Below are positions 17,553 through 29,553 of a stretch of 64,000 nt of DNA, piece by piece. The notes under the pieces were generated by a model. That model was not told the DNA's origin and ran no database searches. It was given only the letters and a program-made list of their open reading frames with translations. The position numbers and the translations under genes are program-made. The DNA comes from Marsupella aquatica (taxonomy: Eukaryota; Plantae; Marchantiophyta), in assembly GCA_973895155.1 (NCBI GenBank), contig OZ316891.1, positions 2,037,324 to 2,101,323 of the forward strand. Direction: 5' to 3'. Each line of letters opens with the position of its first letter. Positions within the stretch are counted from its first letter, which is position 1.

Positions 17553-20500
17553 TTTCATGATGTATGGATCGGCTCTAAAAGTCTGCGATAGGATTTTTCC
17601 AGAATAGAAATTTCACATTCTCATGGGAAAGGGCTGATCTCTCGGTTGTCACACCACAATTTTGTCTCGTGTAACAGAATTCGGATCTTAGATGTGTTCT
17701 CTTAAATAGTGCCTGAATCCATAGGAGGCTTTCAGGGTGTACATTTTCCGATCGTTGGATGTTCCATTGCAATCTTGTCTATTGTAATCAAACCAAAGAC
17801 GATTATAGGGGCAATATGGATGGCAGTCTCAAAGGTCAATATCAGGGACCTTCATTAATTGTCGTCTGATATCGTTCGGTTTCATCAATAAATTTTGGAC
17901 TATCTTGTTGGTGAGATTCCTTCTATTTCTTGAGATAGTTCTACATTGAATTCTATCAGACTTGGTTTCAGCATACCCATATGTGTCAGGACTGCCAAGC
18001 TCGATGCTCTTTGTGCTAAAGAATGGAATTTGAAAACTTCCATTGTGGGCATTATATCCCCACAATGCCCGGTAAACAAGACGGTAAACAAGACATACGA
18101 TCGAGTTTTGAGGGCTATTATGCCCATAATGCTTTGGAAACAGGACCTTACTGTGGATTAAACATTTTTGTTTTTATTAAATTTATTAAAAGTAGATGAG
18201 AATCTTCATGATCCAAATCTTGGCGGGGCATCTTCTCCAAGAATCTACTGAAGGGCATTAAGTCTTGCTAGTGTTGCTATTGTTTTAGAAGCAGCACGAA
18301 TTGTTTAATTGATCATATTACTTAGATCAAAAAGGTCTGCGATGTATTGATGTTCGTGCTATTGTTTTCGAAGGAGAGTAACAGCTTTCATCTTTTATCA
18401 TACAAATCAAGCCTGCAAATTTTAGTTTCAGCTTTTTTCTCGTGTTACTTTTTTGAAAGAGCCCCACCAATGAACAGCGACTACAAAGTGCCTAGAAGAA
18501 TATGAGTGAAGGAATGAAGTCTGCTACTGTAGTCTACGAGGCATGCAAGGCTGATGTAAAAACGTGTTGTACGTATCCCAATCTTCAGAAGTTGATGCCT
18601 GAAGCCAAATATAAAAACGTGTTGTTCACCACTTTCTCAAAATAAGAGGCTAGTTTGGGTAACCAAAGTCTACTAGTATTCCACTAAAATTGTTCCTACT
18701 TGCCACACTTTCTTAAAGTACTTAATATCACATTGGCACTCTTTTTTACCACTTTCAACTGTGTAATTTCAGACAAACTTCAAGCAAGACCCAAAGGTGA
18801 AAAACATTAGGAAGCATACAGTCCCAGTTATTTTAAAATGTGAACTCCTTGAAGCCTGGTTTGTCAAGGTTTTTTTTGCCAAACTGCTTTTTGTCCGAAA
18901 GTGTTAAATTATAAAGCGCTCAACAATTAACCCTGGGCCACAAAAGATAATATCATTGTAGCCAAATCCAGAACAAATGCTGCTTGTTGTTTTATGGTTA
19001 GAACTCAGTGGAAACTGTTTTGGCAATAAATCTGGAAGTTGGTTGCAGCCAGCCTGGAGACTTTATGGTCATGCCAGGGACATGGAAAGTGGAACCAACT
19101 TCCATGCACCTAGTCATGACAATGTGGAAATCCAATCAAAGGCAACAAGTTGAGAGCAACTTATTAGAAATGGCCCCAAAATACACAATCAGAGATGGGA
19201 GGACGTGGTTTCACAATAAAATTATCAAATGACAATAATAGTAATGACAAAACTTGCTAAATGTCAGCTCACAATTACTATTATTTGACTAAATGTCAGC
19301 TCACAATTGAGAGATAAGAACTAGAGAACTGCTGAATGTGCACTTCGTCAACTGAATTCATGTGTCTGGTTTTGCTTTATATGTTTCTCAAAGGTCGGGG
19401 TGTGAAGATCCGGAAAGTTTCTGGCCTTTGCCATTTGATCTCCAATTTAACTGTCATCAAGCCTCTCAGAGTAGATTTGGGGCTACGGATCCCTGGAAAG
19501 TCATTTATGGCTATCCTTGCTCATTGCCCGCCAGTTACTATGTGAACTGTGCGCATTGTTGTGAAATCAAGTACCAAGAATTGGACCTGTATTCTCCAGC
19601 AGAGTATGGGTGTTGTGGTAGGCCATCTGTGTGGGGAGGCGGAGGTGCATATTTCAAAATTGTGCTAAACTCACTTAAGTTGAGTAGTTTGGGGGGCCAT
19701 ATGTCCCGCCATATCTCCTTTGAACCAATTCACTTCAAGATTTTTTGAAGTTAAATCTAAGTGTAGTATGGGATGACTCTAGCATAATTATTAGTCTATG
19801 GTTTTGTAAGCATGGAAGGTTGTGTGAATGGTGTATCTTGGATGTTGGTATTAGCAGGAAAGGTGAATATATTATTTCTTTTTTACTGTATTTGCATTCA
19901 TTGTAGACCATTGGATATTGTAGGATCAAATCTAAACCTCTGGATCTTGGCAAACATTTTTTGAAAGGCAACAACTACACTATTCACATTAATTAGCATT
20001 AGTACAAAAGTAATGTTATTACACTAATTTTGATAAAAGTGATTTTGAGTCCAAGTAACACTAATTTTCATCGGTTTTTCAAAATAGTCATATTCCACTT
20101 CTGTTTAAATTGCTAGTTAAAATGGATGATCCTGAATCCAAAGTAGCACGAATTCTTGTGGATTTTCAAAATAGTTTAATTCCCTCTATATTTCCACTAT
20201 TGAGACATAAGACTCATTCATGTGTGTGGAAACAGTGTTAGCACAAAATTAGTGCTACTAACACTAATTTGTGAGTGACCTCCCCCCCCCAACCAATTTA
20301 ACTGGTGTGCGCCCTGGCCATGGATTATCTCAGTTCTACACTCCAACTATTTGAGTTATTTGTGGCCATCTGATTCCTTGCAAGAGGGCAACATGGTAAT
20401 TAAATTAGTTGGGGACAAGTTAGTAATTTTGTTCAAATTTTGGGGTGACATGGTAAACAAATGGTAGTTATTTAGAGGGCAGGTTAGTAATTTTGTTCAA

Positions 20501-20624
20501 TTCTGGGGATGATATGGTAAGTAAAAATAGGAATTATTTAGGGGGCAAGTTAGTAAATTATTCAATATTGTGGGTGAAGTAATACAAATGGAAAATGAAG
20601 TCCAGATAGACCTCTAGGTTTATT

Positions 20625-20850
20625 AAAATGCTCCCATGGATTTTCCAACTCAGATGGACCCCATTTTACTCACAATGTCGCAACCAATATCCCTCATTAA
20701 GCCACCCAGATTGTGTGATTTCTGTCTAGGGTCCTATCAAAATGCTCCCATGGATTTTTGAACTCAAGAGGACTGTATTTTACTAACAATACCACAGCGA
20801 ATATTCCTCATTAAGCCACCCAGATTGTGTGATTTATGTCTAGGGTCCAT
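20625..20850. repeat. Direct duplication of about 114 bp
   Basis: AAAATGCTCCCATGGATTTT...CCTCATTAAGCCACCCAGATTGTGTGATTT.TGTCTAGGGTCC at about 20625 and 20739. Confidence 0.8.
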
Positions 20851-21949
20851 GGGAGCCTGGATAGACCTCTAGGTTTGTCGATGACAATTATTTATTTATT
20901 GGGTGAGCCGAAATGGCACTACGGTAAGTCGGTAATGTACTGGAATTTGCAGTATGTTGGTCTTATCATTCTGGGACGCGGATGAGTTAAAGGTTAGTAA
21001 TGAAAGACCCCAACTGGGAAAGCTGCGAACCACCGACAGACGTCCTGCACGCGCAGATCGCGAAGGGGGCGATCTGTATCGCAAGTCGCGACTCGTATTG
21101 CAAAGGGGCATGGGCATCATTCTGTCAGCGCCGGCAGTCGCTAACCGCCCCCCAGTCTCTGACCGGGCTCGACCCTGAGAGGTGAGAAGCTCATCCGTGG
21201 TCAGCACTTCTCTGACTGCGGGTCACCTTATGCCATCCTGTTTCGCGAGCACCTGTGCCAAATAGAAACAAAAGCCAGGATGGCCATCTCCATGGACTGC
21301 GTAAAACTATCATCACTTTTACACTGAAAAGAAAAGATAAATAGGTAGTGGATCGCAGTTGACTACTTTGACTACCTTGGGGAGAAAGTAGTCAAGTTGA
21401 TCGTGAGCAATGGCACAATGTCTTGACGTTTTTCGGGTTCAACATCGTCAAGTCATCAAGTTACCGAGAAAACCTGTTCAATAATTTAATTGAAATCAGT
21501 TGCAAATGGTAATGAGACCATTTATAGGTCACATTTCAGTCAAAAGTGTAGACATTATTATCTGAGCCAGTTTAAATGTTTTGAGCAAGTTCATTCAAGT
21601 TTTTCCAGTCCATTTGGGTTTCATAGACAAAGTGGAAGTCTATCCGGGCTTTAGTTTTGTGCCAAATAACCTATGGCCAGAAGTTTGTTTCTCTTGTTTT
21701 AATTTTTCAAGTTCTAAAACAAGGTTACACTACAGATTATACTATAGTAGTAAGTAGTAAGCTCTTGGCCTTGGAGAGCCCACCCATGTTTACCATTTTT
21801 TTGTTTAGCATCACACACTGGCCTGCACACTCGCATAGAGGTCAAACCCAAGAGCTCTGAGCTCTTGCCACTCTTGATCCAGGTTGTAAAAAAACTAAAA
21901 CCCTAGAAAAAACCCAATTCCCATGAAACATCTTCTGGCACTCTATTTG

Positions 21950-22825
21950 AGCCCCCTTTAAAAGAAGGCAATATATACATGCTTTTGGGAAAGATAGTTG
22001 TTTTTGGACTGGAGTTAGGCTACACCACGATTCCAACTAGGGTCTGATTTCCAGAAACTCCTCTGGTTCTAATAATTGCCCCCAATTGCCCCCAACGTTA
22101 CTCAACTTTCAAGTGGTAAGATCTAGCTCCACCTACTGAGTAAGTTGATAGCTCTTACACTAGAGTGACTCCATTACATTAGTGCCCCTTCTAATAATCA
22201 GAATCTAGATATACGCTTTCTGGAGTTAGGCTATACCACGGTTACAACCAGGATTTGGTTTCCAGAAACGCACTGCTGACAAATCGCCTCGGATCCTGTT
22301 GACATTCAAGTGGTAAATTTGAGTACCACCTATGGGGCAAGTGACAGCAATAAATTACTCTAGACTACATTTCCATTAGATATGAGCCCTCTCTAATAAT
22401 AAGAATCTGAATATATGTTTTGTGTTAACAATAAATGTTTTTGTGCTGGAGTTAGGCTACCACGGTTACAGCCAGCCAGCCAGGTTTGGTTTCCAGAAAC
22501 CCACCTACTACTGATAATCACCCCCAACGTCAGTGTACTTTAAAGTGGTAAACTTGAGTTCCACCTACTAGATAAGTTGATAGCGCTTATAACAGAGTGA
22601 ATCTCCATTGCAGTTGAGCCCCCTCTAAGAATCAGATTCTAAGTATACGCTTTTGGGAAAGATAATTCTTTTTGGACTGGAGTTAAGCTACACCACGGTT
22701 ACAACCTCGATTTGGTTTCCACCTACTTCTGATAATCACCCCCAACGTCAGTGGACGTTAAAGTGGTGCAATTGAGCTCCACCTATAGGGCAAGTTGATG
22801 GCAATACACTAGAATGTATCCCCAC
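21950..22825. repeat. Diverged tandem array, about 210-230-bp unit x4
   Basis: CTGGAGTTA(G/A)GCTA(C/T)ACCACG...GGTTTCCAGAAAC...AAGTGGTAA...CCACCTA at about 22009, 22220, 22446 and 22677. It ends at the presumed left edge of the Gypsy element. Confidence 0.8.
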
Positions 22826-23622
22826 TGTCTCTATTGACAGAATCGACGGCTACAGTAATATATGCATTAATTCCTTTCTCGTTAAAGTGTTGGCTCTTAT
22901 ATTAGTGAGCGAAGTGGACTTTCACCATCATGTTGACCGGTGTTGCCGTGTTGGCCTGGCCCTGGAGGCTGGAGCTCACCTCGTGGTCAGCATTTTCCCC
23001 GACTTCTGAGCTTAACTGCAGTTAAATATAAATATAACTTTTGAACTGCAAAAGTTGCGCTCTAACAGTCCTCTTCATCTTCGTGATTTGAGATCTGCGG
23101 TGCAGATCATAAGATTCCACCTTATAGTTGCTCTTGACGAAAACAAAATACAGTAGGGAAGCAAGCGGAGTTAAGTTCCAGCAGGGTAAAAGTCTACCTA
23201 ATAACTGGGTTGGCTTTATTGAGGTCACCAATAGGGGGTGTAAAATACTTAGCTCCTCGGCCTTGAAGTGGCTTCTGTCTGGTCTTGCATTATATGTATT
23301 TGAGGTCACCTGGCACCCACTGTGGCCCACCATTAAATCTGTGCAAATGGGGTAACACAGGAGGAATGTAGTGAGAATAAAGGCAGGTGAGTTAAGTGTC
23401 ATTTCCTTGTCGTGACATATAGTATCGTAGCCATAGTGTATCAAAAACATACAAGTCACCGGCAATGCATATGTGCAAGCTGCTAGCAACCAACATGCAT
23501 AGAAAAAGTCCAATCACATTCACAGGTGCCAAGAAAAAGCAACTGAGGTGGTATGTACGTAGTGGAGGTGTAAACCTCTATATCCCCCCCAGACCACAGC
23601 CAAAAGGCGGGCTGAAGAAAAA

Positions 23623-25032
23623 TCAGATAGCACGTGGAGCACAGGAAGGGCAAAACCATAACCCTTCTGGCACCTGGGTAAGTTCAGGCCGAAGGCAGAA
23701 AAGATGGTACCCTCCATTGCAATTGTCACACAGCAGCATCTGGTCAGCATCATCAATTCGCAAACACACTTTGCAAGGGTAGTCCACAGGTGGAATCCAA
23801 GTAGAAGTCACAATGGTGGGATCCAGGTTAGGCAGATGACAAGGGGCGCAATTCTTGGCATTGTCAGCAATTGTGCGCCCATCTGCCCCTTGTAACTCTA
23901 GCACTCCAGACGGTCGAATAGCTTTGACCCTGAGAATAGTGCGACTGGTAGAGGTGTCCAGGGTGTCGTTAGCTTGCCGCTGCAAGTACACAAAATCTCC
24001 CACTTCAAACTTCCTGACCTTGGGCTGAAAAGTGCCCCCTCGCGTGTGTGCATAACGCAGTGTGTCCCTGTGCTGTGCAATGGCCAAATTCTCCATGGCC
24101 ATGGGCATAACCCTCCTGAATAGGGCAGCCCTCTCAGAGATCACATCAGACCAAGTCACAGCTGAATCCAAGTCCACCACCTGAAGCATGTGAGAAGCAA
24201 TAGCAGAAGGTGGAACTGGGTGACGACCAAACAACAAGAAGTAGGGAGAAAAGTTAGACAGTGATGCATGTCTGGACATCCTATACCCCATGGCAATGTA
24301 GGGTAAGGCCAGGTCCCAATCCTCCTTGTTTTTGGTGAGGCAGATCTTCCGAAGGCCCTTCTTGCATGTCTGAACCATGCGCTCTGCCAAGCCATCTGCC
24401 TGTGGGTGATCTCGTGATGTCCGGCGATGATCAATGAGAGCCTGATCAAGCAGCTCCTGGAACTCTCCTCTAAACTCTGAGCCCTGGTCAGTGAGACATT
24501 CTGCACAAGCTCCAAAGCGGCTGAGAACTTGTTGCAAGAATGCCTGGCTGGTGCTACGGGAGGTCTTATCCGGCAATGCCACAAGTTCTATCCACTTGGA
24601 GAAATGCTCTATCATGATCATGATGTAGAGATTACCCCGAGATGTGAGGGGTAATTCTCCAGCCAAATCACATGACCAACGATAAAACATGCCCTGAATA
24701 GGGAGTGGATGAAGTGTGGGTTGCCGAGATGTGAAAGAAGTCCTTACCCTATCACACTGCTCACACCGGGCAATAACATCTCGAACCTGGCCATGCATGC
24801 CTCTCCAATGATAATGGGGGACCAAGAGGCTATAAGTCCTCTTAACACCAAAATGACCAAGCTCAGAATGTACCTTACGGATAAGGCCAACCCTCTCATG
24901 AATGGGTGGAACCACCACTTCCCTGTCTGGCAAGCAGCGCACAAGATGATCTCCCTTCCACAAGTAGCGCTTGGACCTTTGCTGAATTCGGTCTCTCTGG
25001 GCAGCAGTAACATGGGTGGGGTACTCCCCATC
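23623..25032 (-). CDS. Pol part 2: integrase (HHCC + DDE core) with C-terminal PHD finger
   Basis: HSELGHFG...CEQC, WSCDLAG, LTDQGSEF and HPQADGLAERMVQT. C-terminal CKVC...LLCDNCNGGYHLFCL...WFCPSC is a C4HC3 PHD. In frame with the upstream pol across the TAG at 25033-25035. Confidence 0.92.
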   Translation of the reverse strand, partial: DGEYPTHVTAAQRDRIQQRSKRYLWKGDHLVRCLPDREVVVPPIHERVGLIRKVHSELGHFGVKRTYSLLVPHYHWRGMHGQVRDVIARCEQCDRVRTSFTSRQPTLHPLPIQGMFYRWSCDLAGELPLTSRGNLYIMIMIEHFSKWIELVALPDKTSRSTSQAFLQQVLSRFGACAECLTDQGSEFRGEFQELLDQALIDHRRTSRDHPQADGLAERMVQTCKKGLRKICLTKNKEDWDLALPYIAMGYRMSRHASLSNFSPYFLLFGRHPVPPSAIASHMLQVVDLDSAVTWSDVISERAALFRRVMPMAMENLAIAQHRDTLRYAHTRGGTFQPKVRKFEVGDFVYLQRQANDTLDTSTSRTILRVKAIRPSGVLELQGADGRTIADNAKNCAPCHLPNLDPTIVTSTWIPPVDYPCKVCLRIDDADQMLLCDNCNGGYHLFCLRPELTQVPEGLWFCPSCAPRAI

Positions 25033-28000
25033 CTACAGAAATCTCAGAGCGTCGCTGTCCTCCCATATGTCCACCACAGGTTGGTCAACAATGTAGCATG
25101 GCAGCAAAGCAAGATAGGTAGATGCATGAAATGTAGGCAAGATGGAAACCTGGTCAAAATCCTGCTGTGCATCTGAGGGATCATCAGAGGCAATCAAAGG
25201 GTTGCGGGACATAGTGTCAGCATTTTGATGTGTCACACCAGGCCTATGAATTACCTCAAAATCATACTCCTGGAGTATGAGTGCCCAACGAGCAAGCTTG
25301 CCAGTAAGCTTGTCGTTGGTCATCAACCACTTCAAGGGCTGGTGGTCGGTGTAGAGAACAAACCTGGTCCCATAGAGGTAGGGCCTGTAATGTATGACAG
25401 CCCACACAACAGCAAGGCATTCACCCTCATAAGAAGAATAATGACTCTCTGCCTGATTGTTGCTCCTGGATGCATAGGCAATGACGTACTCTTTACCTTC
25501 CTCATCATGCTGGCCCAGAATGGCACCAATCCCAAGGGCACTCCAATCTGTGTGTAGCACAAAGACCTTGTTGAAATCAGGTCTTCTCAGCACCGGGTAT
25601 TCTGAGAGCTTCTCCTTCAAAGTGGCAAATGTTGCCTCAGCATCTGTACTCCATGTCCAAGTCACATTCTTTTTCAACAAAGCATACAATGGGTGTGCAA
25701 TGGTACTGAAATCTTTGATGTAGATCCGGTAGTAATTGCACAACCCAATAAAACTCCTCAAAGTGTGAACATCGGTAGGAGTGGGCATTTCCAAGATGGA
25801 TACCACCTTGGCCCAGTGAGCCATGGTTCCATTTGGAAGAATGCGATGCCCAAGATATACTACTGATCTGACAGCAAATTCATACTTCTTGGGGTGTATC
25901 TTTAGGTTCACCTTCTTAAGCCTCATGAATAGCTCCTCAAGGTCAAGTAGATGCTGGTCAAATCCTTTGCTGTGGACCAACACATCATCAATGTAGCATT
26001 TCAAAAACTCAGCACCTTGAAGAACCTGGTCCATGACTCTTTGAAAGAATATGGGCGCATTCTTCAAGCCAAATGGCATCACCAACCACTCCCATAGTTG
26101 GTTACTACCATGGAAAGCTGTTTTCTTGCGGTCCTTTGCAAGCAGCAAAATCTGGTTGAAGCCTTGCCTTAGATCCACAAGAGTGAAGATGTCTGAGTCT
26201 CCAATGCTGTCAAATAGCTCCTCTGGCCGCGGCATGGGGTACCTGTCCTGGGGTGTGACCAGGTTCAATGGCCTGTAGTCCCCACACATGCGCTTCTCTG
26301 TCCACAATCCACTGGAATCCTTCTTTGCTGGCATCACTGTAGCTGCCGCAAAATCTGATGTAGATGGCTGAATAAGACCAGCTTCATAAAGCTCTTGGCA
26401 CCTCTCATCCACCAGCTGCCACTCATGCTTACTCAAACGGTGTCTCCGCCTAAAGATAGGTGTTTCATCAGCCAACTCAATGGAGAACTGCATAGTCTTG
26501 CACTTACCCAAGTCCTTCATAGAGAAAGCAAACACATTCTCATGCTTGAGGAGCAAATTCAGCAGCTGGTCCTTCTGTCTTTTACTCAGGTGGTTGCCCA
26601 TGATAAATGTGTAGTTGGCAACACTAGGAATAGGACCTGATGTACTCATGCTTGAAGAGGCAGAAGTGCCAGCCTCTCCACTGTCCAAGCTGCTAGCATG
26701 CTGCTGATAAGGTGATGAGGCCTCTCCAAGGCCTGCTGTATCTGTTGCTCTGGTCTGATCCACACCATGAAACTCAGAAATAATGTCAGCCACATTACAA
26801 GGAACCTCCTCCCCCCCAACACTTGGACTGAAGCGGTGAGTGTTGAATAGAGGTAAGTGCACCTGGTCTGGATGCCATGTAGCAGCACTGTGGAGGGGTA
26901 GGGCTGGAGCTCCTAATGCTGGAGGAATGTACATCTGAAAAAGGATGCAAGTGACCAGAAGCCAAGTGAGAGCATTGAGATCCATTACCCTGCCAAGTAA
27001 AGCATTCCTGGCCAGCCTGGTGATTTTGGTGTGACCTGTAGTACCGGGTTGGAAGCCCATAGCCCGTTCTCTCTCCTCAGGACTAGGTTCATCCCATGTA
27101 CCGGTAGAATGTCGATAAACCAGCCCAAGACCATCACCCTGAAAAGCATGTGCACCTGGAAAGGACACAAATGTAGGCCAAGCAGCACGGGGTTGTCCAA
27201 TGGTATTAGCTGGATACCAAGGTGCTGGCTCTTGCCGTGTAACTGGTTGGCAAGAACTGTCAGGATCCAAAATCTGGTCCACTGTAAGGTTAGTGTCCCT
27301 GGATGTGTGGTGAAGAGCCATCTCCAGCAAGGAAGGTGGTGCAAGGTTAGTCCAAAAGTTACGAAGACGATGTGCGTAAGAACCACAATGCACTGCATCA
27401 ATGAGAAGGGGTGGTCCCAAGTAGTGCTGGACCACACTGAAATCCTCTTTGACCTGTGGACGCTGGTCAAACTGAGATGGAGTATTCTCAATGATATAAC
27501 CAACAGCAGGATAAAGGGATTGAGCCCAGGTGAGAATCTGAACCAATGCTGTGAAAAGGCCAGAACGAGAATCATGCAGTCCAGCACCGTGACCAGCAGC
27601 TGAAAACCCTTGGCATTCCCAACTAGCTATGATCAAATCAAGGGAGCCAAGAAGGGTTAAGTGCCGGTGCTGGACAAGCTGGATATCTGAAGGAAAGAAA
27701 GAAAATGCAGACTTCCATGCACTGTGTGGAAACTGCTGAGGAAATCGCTCTGAAAATTCCAGCAGACGGGATTCAGCCACTTGCCTTGCACCTGGATCAA
27801 TATCCACATAGATGTACTGCTTCACCACCATGCCAGACTGTAGGAGAGCTTCCAGGCCTGTAGAAATGCCACCAAAAAGCTCAAGCAATGTAAGGTCATC
27901 TGAAGGAGGAGTCCATGTAACTGGTGCGCTCAAGATTGGGGCTATTGGTTGTCCATGATGCTGCCCAAGGTCCTCAAATTTGTGCAATGCAGCCACCAAA

Positions 28001-29553
28001 GGTCCATGGGCTGCTTGGAGCCGTTGTACCACCTCTGGTTGATGATCCACGTTGCTGGAAAGTGCTGCTATACGTGCAGCAGCATGTGCAGTAGCCACCT
28101 CATCATCATCCTCCTCAATCCAATCCTGCAATGGGTGGTTGACATAGGTAGTTGTGTGCACTGCTTTCAACACATAGTGGTGAGCCATAGGGGTATGGGC
28201 ACCATGCAAATCCAGTGGAATGTATCCCAAGTGTGAGCCATCCGTATGCCAATCAACTCTGTAGTATGCATGCTCATGCCAGTTGTCAATGGTAAAACCT
28301 GGTGGGAACAAAGCCTCCTGGCCAATGAGCACATCATACATAGTGGCATTGGTAACCAAACATCTGACTGGGAAATGCAGTTCCTGATCTGTACCTCCAT
28401 TAAAAGTGAGAGTGAGTAAAGTAGAACTCTCACCCAACACATCCTCCACAGTGCCACTAGCAGTCCGAATATGCCACCTGGATGGCTGTAAATGATCAGT
28501 CAGCAGTCCCATCTTCTTGGCAAACTGAATGCCCAAGATTACTGGTTGAGCACCTGTGTCTAGCATGACCACCTGAGGAGTGTGACCCTCCAACTTGACT
28601 GCTGAATTCCTGTTGTCAACAATGGCAATGGTGGTGGAAACTAAAGTCCTGTCACTAGGCACCACTTTTGGCAAATGATGAGGTACCTTGTGAAGGGAGT
28701 TAGTGTCCATGGTCTTCCCACTCAACAGCATAGCCAAGAAAGATGGAGCAGCATGACCAGAATCAAGTGTAGCTCTGGTCACACAATCTGCAGTAATACT
28801 GTCATCTCTACCACTGGAAATCGGTACTGGGATAGCCAAACCAGTGGAAGCATGCAATGGAGAAGAAGAAGGTCCAGTATTAACATGAGATTGGACCTCC
28901 AAAACTGGTGTTACAGGGGCTGATGAAGAATGCAGTGAGCCCTCTAGCGCTCTGATGACAGCTCTAGCATCCAGCTGTAAATCATGGCAACTGAAAAGTG
29001 GAGTGGTAAGAATCCTTTGTGCCATACCGGAGGTGAAATGCTCAAGCAGCTCAGGAAAAATAACTCCCTGTGAAATGTCAGCAGCACCTGGTGGTGGAAT
29101 GGATGTAGCTGCAGCTCCCTCCCCCCTCGCCAACAAGGTGCGCTCTTCAGCAAGTGTGAGTGGCTGAAAAGATTGGGGCATGACAGCCCGAGCTCCCCGG
29201 GCTCTAGTCATAGGACCAGCAGCAAGACCATCAACTTGTACAATGCGGCGTGTGGGAGCAATACGGGAGGCAGCACTGGCCTGCTGGTAAGCAAAATAGG
29301 AAGGGCAGAATGAATTTGAAAATTCTGCTGTAAGGCCAGGCTGTGTAGCAGAGGACAACACACACTCACCCATATGAGCATCAAATGGCAAGCCATAGAA
29401 AGAGCGGGGTAGGGGTGCTGAACTGTCAGTGGTGCCTAGGCCAGGGATGGGTTGCACGTGACCAGCCGGTTGAGAAGGACCAGCAGAGGCAGTGGACTTG
29501 CCTTTGATGTTGGCAAGTTGGGCACGTAATGACTCAACCTCATGAGTTAGAGA
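25033..29553 (-). CDS. pol: Pol part 1: aspartic protease, DNMT3-like C5 cytosine methyltransferase, reverse transcriptase, RNase H
   Basis: Protease VMLDTGAQ (about 28550). MTase motifs at about 26950-27900. RT motifs KRMCGDYRPLN, VDLRQGFNQI, MPFGLKNAP and YIDD. RNase H motifs LHTDWS, YEGECLAVVWAV and LYTDHQPL. Confidence 0.93.
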   Translation of the reverse strand, partial: SLTHEVESLRAQLANIKGKSTASAGPSQPAGHVQPIPGLGTTDSSAPLPRSFYGLPFDAHMGECVLSSATQPGLTAEFSNSFCPSYFAYQQASAASRIAPTRRIVQVDGLAAGPMTRARGARAVMPQSFQPLTLAEERTLLARGEGAAATSIPPPGAADISQGVIFPELLEHFTSGMAQRILTTPLFSCHDLQLDARAVIRALEGSLHSSSAPVTPVLEVQSHVNTGPSSSPLHASTGLAIPVPISSGRDDSITADCVTRATLDSGHAAPSFLAMLLSGKTMDTNSLHKVPHHLPKVVPSDRTLVSTTIAIVDNRNSAVKLEGHTPQVVMLDTGAQPVILGIQFAKKMGLLTDHLQPSRWHIRTASGTVEDVLGESSTLLTLTFNGGTDQELHFPVRCLVTNATMYDVLIGQEALFPPGFTIDNWHEHAYYRVDWHTDGSHLGYIPLDLHGAHTPMAHHYVLKAVHTTTYVNHPLQDWIEEDDDEVATAHAAARIAALSSNVDHQPEVVQRLQAAHGPLVAALHKFEDLGQHHGQPIAPILSAPVTWTPPSDDLTLLELFGGISTGLEALLQSGMVVKQYIYVDIDPGARQVAESRLLEFSERFPQQFPHSAWKSAFSFFPSDIQLVQHRHLTLLGSLDLIIASWECQGFSAAGHGAGLHDSRSGLFTALVQILTWAQSLYPAVGYIIENTPSQFDQRPQVKEDFSVVQHYLGPPLLIDAVHCGSYAHRLRNFWTNLAPPSLLEMALHHTSRDTNLTVDQILDPDSSCQPVTRQEPAPWYPANTIGQPRAAWPTFVSFPGAHAFQGDGLGLVYRHSTGTWDEPSPEERERAMGFQPGTTGHTKITRLARNALLGRVMDLNALTWLLVTCILFQMYIPPALGAPALPLHSAATWHPDQVHLPLFNTHRFSPSVGGEEVPCNVADIISEFHGVDQTRATDTAGLGEASSPYQQHASSLDSGEAGTSASSSMSTSGPIPSVANYTFIMGNHLSKRQKDQLLNLLLKHENVFAFSMKDLGKCKTMQFSIELADETPIFRRRHRLSKHEWQLVDERCQELYEAGLIQPSTSDFAAATVMPAKKDSSGLWTEKRMCGDYRPLNLVTPQDRYPMPRPEELFDSIGDSDIFTLVDLRQGFNQILLLAKDRKKTAFHGSNQLWEWLVMPFGLKNAPIFFQRVMDQVLQGAEFLKCYIDDVLVHSKGFDQHLLDLEELFMRLKKVNLKIHPKKYEFAVRSVVYLGHRILPNGTMAHWAKVVSILEMPTPTDVHTLRSFIGLCNYYRIYIKDFSTIAHPLYALLKKNVTWTWSTDAEATFATLKEKLSEYPVLRRPDFNKVFVLHTDWSALGIGAILGQHDEEGKEYVIAYASRSNNQAESHYSSYEGECLAVVWAVIHYRPYLYGTRFVLYTDHQPLKWLMTNDKLTGKLARWALILQEYDFEVIHRPGVTHQNADTMSRNPLIASDDPSDAQQDFDQVSILPTFHASTYLALLPCYIVDQPVVDIWEDSDALRFL
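26950..27900 (-). other. DNMT3-like C5-methyltransferase domain embedded between protease and RT
   Basis: Motif I LELFGGISTGL, II YVDID, IV DLIIASWECQGFS, VI YIIENT, VIII AHRLRNFWTNL, IX EERERAMGFQPGTT, X RNALLGRVMDL, in non-permuted DNMT3 order. Confidence 0.9.

Noticed and set aside
25033-29457. Host DNMT3/DRM gene or bacterial restriction-modification methylase
   Set aside because: The MTase is intronless and fused in frame between retroviral protease and RT, so it belongs to the element. No restriction endonuclease is nearby.
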